64,000 bases of DNA from the human T2T-CHM13v2.0 reference genome, Homo sapiens. The notes under the pieces are model-generated. The model was not told the origin of the DNA, searched no databases, and saw nothing but the letters and a program-made list of their open reading frames with translations. The stretch lies in assembly GCF_009914755.1 (NCBI RefSeq), contig NC_060926.1; one strand, 5' to 3'. Position 1 is the stretch's first letter. The number at the start of each line of letters is the position of its first letter. This document shows, in pieces, positions 15,195 to 64,000 of this stretch. A program made the translations under genes and the position numbers.

Positions 15195-15425
15195 CAAGCC
15201 GGACAGGGCAGCACATTCCTGTAGTCTCAGCCACTAGGTAGGCTGAGGTGGGAGGATCACTTGAGCCCAGGAGGTTGTGTCTGAGCCTCCCAGCTACTCG
15301 GGAGGCTGAGGCAGGAGAATCGCTTGAACTCAGGAGGCGGAGGTTGCAGTGAGTCAAGATTGTGCCATTGCACCCCAGCCTAGGCAATAAGGTGAGACTC
15401 CATCTCAAAAAAAGATAATAATAAT
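15195..15425 (+). mobile_element. Alu monomer fragments
   Basis: Alu motifs and A tail. Confidence 0.85.
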
Positions 15426-16211
15426 AAGGGGAAAACTCAGAGATGGAATTACATGCACCAGGTGTAGTGTGAGCAAAGGATTAACTTCCTGATACATTCT
15501 TGTTTCCCATATATATAGCTATCAAGGTCATCTTTTAGTAATGAGTTAAGTTCTTTCTTTTCCAACTCAAAATTTGTCTGCATCTTTACCCAAATATCCA
15601 GATCTGATACTCTAGGCTTGGGCTAATATAGTGGGGTGGAGGAGGCTTGGGTTAAGGTTTAAAGTTCCAAGGGCTGAACCGGAATAAATGGTGTATTTAT
15701 CAAGGGAAGAGCAAGGCAAAACCAGCAAGTCCAAACCATGGAGGCCTCAACCGAGGTGAGGGGAAAAGTTAGGGAGCCTTAGGAAAGCTCTGAGGAGGGA
15801 CCCCAATTAGGGGGACCGTAGTTAGGGTATGAGGTTTGTGAGATCAGGACTGGAATTGCTGCAAGAGACCCTATGATTGGGTGGCAGCAGCACGTTGTGG
15901 AGATGAGCCTGCTTCCTCAGCCTCTTCCTCTTGTCAGAACCCTTTGCCTCTCCCTACACACGCACACACACATGCATGCACCATGCTACAGAAACCTTTC
16001 TCAGTCTTGCCATTCTCTCAAATTATGCGTTGGTCTTCCCTTCATCTTCAGATTCTTTAAAGAGTAATCAAAGTTCCCACTTCTAGCATGATGAAGTGAG
16101 GAGGTCAACAAATCTTTCCAAAATGTAACTGTATAGCTGGACAAACCATTTAGCATTCTGCAATTTTACCAAAGGCACGGCACAAATGGGGATGTGTTTA
16201 AGAATGAAAGC

Positions 16212-16515
<304 letters not shown>

Positions 16516-18159
16516 TTAAAGTGAGCCTTGGATAAGACCAGCCTGTGTCCGTGGCATCTTTGCCCAGGCTGCTACCCCCATTTACCCCAGCTGTTGATAA
16601 CACACACAGCGGCCCCCAGCAGGGCAGCCTGTGGAGATAAGCTCCCCTGCCACCTCGCTGCAGGGGCTGGAGGCAAGAGTGAGGAAGGTTTTGATTTGCA
16701 GCATGGCTAGTTAAGGTGGTGATATCAGTGACCAGGAGGAAGAAAGGCCACTGACTCCTAGCCTGAGGCTCTGGGCCTTTGGAGACGAGCAAACGACCTG
16801 CAGATTAGTCATGGATGTAAGAGGGAGCTCCGGGAGGTCGGAGAGCCAGAGGGAGCTTAGTAAACTCTTCACACTACCCAAATGGACTGAAGGCTCATAG
16901 CTGGCAGAGATTAGAGCAAGCCCAAGCCATGTCCATATGCCCAGGGCACACAGCCTGTGTGTGTGCCGGTGCCAGTGTTAGGAAGTAAAAGCCGGAACAC
17001 CCTTGCAAATGGCCCGGGGCGTGCCTCCTCCCCATTGCACATAGATCCAGCAGCAGATGGTGGAAACCATATTGGCTTTAACTGATGTTTGACTGACGAA
17101 CTATGCAAACAAGAAGCGACCTCTAGGGAGTCAGTCTGAAAAATTAAAGCAAACAAATGCCAACAATAAAACTTAGCAATGACCTGAGTGAGTGCACACT
17201 GTGGAGGAGACAGGCTTCCTGCATGGAGTCCAGCCAGGAGACAGTACAGAATGCATGGAGCAGCTATTGGAAGACATTGAAAACTAAATAGTTGCAGGCA
17301 GCTTTCCCAAGAAGACCAGAACTTGAAGTACCACCAAACCGGTGGTGAGATAACCATGTTTCCCCTATGGCATCCCGTGACTAACCTGGCAGTGGGCACC
17401 AGGGTGCAGATAGAAAGAGCTCCAGAAGATGCCCTCTATTTCTGGCTCAAGTAACGGGAAAAGGGTCTCCTAACATTCCGAGGGAATCCAGAAGTTCGTT
17501 CCTCCCCATTTTTCTTTTCCCTGTTCTCTCATACCTCAGCCCACAAGCAGTCCCACAGTGGCACTGGCACCAGCCCCAAGAGGAGCCCAGGAGCCAAGAC
17601 GCAGGAGGGAACCTTCTCCAACTGACAGAGCTGTGGTCCCAAGAGGGCAGAAACAATCCATGTTGCTTCTCTTCCAATTCAGTCCTCCCACTGCTTGGCT
17701 TCAGATGTAGAAATGCATGGTAGAGCCAGATACCGAAAGCCTGTTTTCTGCTTGGAAGACTAAAAAGAGAAGCCTCAGCAAATGAAAGCAACAGGGTAAT
17801 TGCTGAGAGAGAGTTAATCAGTGAAGCAACCCCATTAACCTGTCTATAAACCCCAGGGCTCATTCTTGAGCTGCTCCTGCATAGATCTCGTCCTGTTCAA
17901 CACACCAAAGATTGACAGCTGAACTGAGAGACCATCACCCACAGACACAACTGGCCACTGGGTGGTGCACAAGTCAGACAGAACTGAATAGTCCTGTGAA
18001 GACTCTGGACACTGAACTGACTTTGGAACCAGACTGCAGAATGGAGGGGTGGGAACTTGTGGCTTGAACCTAATCAGGTAGATTGCCTGGCCAAAATGAA
18101 AATACCTATCATCTCCATAGGATTTAATTTCATTCAATGATTTTTTTTTTTTTAGTAAA

Positions 18160-19288
18160 TTTGCAATGTTTTACAGCCTTCCCCAAAATCTAATTCCAAA
18201 ATATCTCTATCACCCCAACGAGAGACTCCATTCACGTTGGCAGTCACATGCACTCCCAGATTTCCCCTCCACCCAGCCCTTGGCAATCACTAGTCTACTT
18301 TCTGTGTCTTTGAGTTTGCCTACTCTGGATATTTCATATAAATGAAATGATATATGAGGTTTTGTGATTGGCACCTTTAATTTAGAATAATGTTTTCAAG
18401 GCTGATTCATGTTGTAGTATGCATTGGTACTTCATTATTTTTTATGCAAAAGTAATATTCTATTGTATGGCTATACCACATTTTTCTTTGAGACAGAGAT
18501 CTCACTATGTCGCCCAGGCTGGAGTTTAGTGGCTCTTCACAGGCCTGATCACAGCTCCTGCATGGATCAAGGAGCATCACTGCAGCTGCAAACTGCAGCT
18601 TCAAACTCTCCGGCTCAAGCGACCCTCCTGCCTCAACCTCCCCAGTAGCTGGGCCTACAGGCACGTGTGTCTGTGCCCAATAATACCACATTTTAAAAAT
18701 CCATCTTCAGTAGATGGAAATTTGGATTGTTTCCACCTTTTACTAATAAAAATAGTACTGCTATAAACATTCATGTATAGGTTTTCTTTTGTTTTTGTTT
18801 TTTCTTTTTTGTAGAGATGGGGGTCTCGCTGTGTTGCCCAGGCTGGTCTCAAATTCCTGGACTCAAGTGATCCTCCCATCAAAAACTCCCAAAGTGCTGG
18901 GATTACAGGCGTGAGCCACTATGCCTGGCCTGTATACAAGTTTTTGTGTAGACATGTTTACATCCAATTAATGAACACAGGATGTCTTTCCATTGATTTA
19001 GCTCCTCTTTAATTTCCTTCAACAGTGTTCTGTAGTTTCCAGTCTACAAGTCTTACACTTTTGGGTTAAATTTATTCATAATTATTTTATTATTTTTGAT
19101 AATATTATAAATGGAATTGTTTACTTAATTTTACTTGAATTGTTCCTTGCTGGTGTATAAGTAGACATCTCATTTTTTTAGTTGACCTCGTATGGTACAA
19201 TCTCTTTGAACTCATTTATTATCACTGATAGTTTAGGTCTTTTTTTTTCGAGGTTTCATTAAGGTTTTCTATAGATAAGATCATGTCA
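18160..19288 (-). mobile_element. Old L1M fragments with inserted Alu pieces (~18480-18685, ~18790-18930)
   Basis: ggcaatcactagtctactttctgtgtc, ggatgtctttccattgatttag, aaatggaattgttt motifs. Confidence 0.8.
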
Positions 19289-19553
19289 AGACACCCTCAG
19301 ACCACAGGGCGGCGCCACGAGCCCGGCCGAGTGCAGCTGGAGCGCCGACGTCGCCGAGGATACACAGTGCTGAGGCAGAACGCAGGTTCGTCACAGTGGG
19401 CCTCCGTGGGCGGCGCCGCACGCTCGTCACAGTGGGCCTCCGCCGGCTACGCCGCTGCTTCAGTGGCTTGCAGGCACTTTCCTCTTGGAAGTGGCGACTG
19501 CTGCGGGGCTGAGCGGTGCTCGCACGCGTCTCGGGAGCCAGGTTGGCGGCGCG

Positions 19554-63745
<44,192 letters not shown>

Positions 63746-64000
63746 GTAGGTACTTTGTTGTTAAAGTTAAGCACAATTTTTCTTTCTTTTAATGTTTAGC
63801 TTGATGCAGACTCTTTGTGGGATACTAATGTTGGGATATAAACGATGCTTTGTGAACACCCCCAAAATATTTGAGCAATTTTTTTTCTCCCTTAATAAGT
63901 TCACGGTGAGGTTTCAAAGAGCAAGAGAACTTAGTTAAAGACATTTCAGTAACTGGAAGATACTTCTATCATGCTAGGGCAGAGCAAAAGAACTTGGTAC

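Overview
Human/great-ape-type genomic DNA containing the 5' part of an RGPD gene (RANBP2-like and GRIP-domain paralog) on the + strand. The diagnostic residues fit the RGPD5/6/8 subgroup, most likely RGPD8 (from recalled reference proteins, not aligned). Twenty GT-AG coding exons (19554-63745) join into an uninterrupted 4921-nt frame (1640 codons plus 1 nt). It encodes the TPR/leucine-rich N-terminus and two Ran-binding domains; the GCC2-derived GRIP exons expected in RGPD genes lie beyond the window. Bases 1-19288 are repeat-rich (L1, MIR, MLT2, Alu) with no gene I can identify. Main observations: (1) a ~525-bp composite CGG/G6 VNTR just inside intron 1, crossed by open frames on both strands; (2) the scar of the exon-20 deletion, rescued by an acceptor made from former coding sequence; (3) two ancient, apparently tandem-duplicated RPS3A retrocopies in intron 18; (4) a 328-bp foreign insertion inside a four-Alu nest; (5) a ~210-bp (TTTTC)n Alu tail; (6) Met at the RANBP2 ANE1 residue 656. 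All comparisons to RANBP2, RPS3A and repeat consensi are from memory, and repeat boundaries are approximate.
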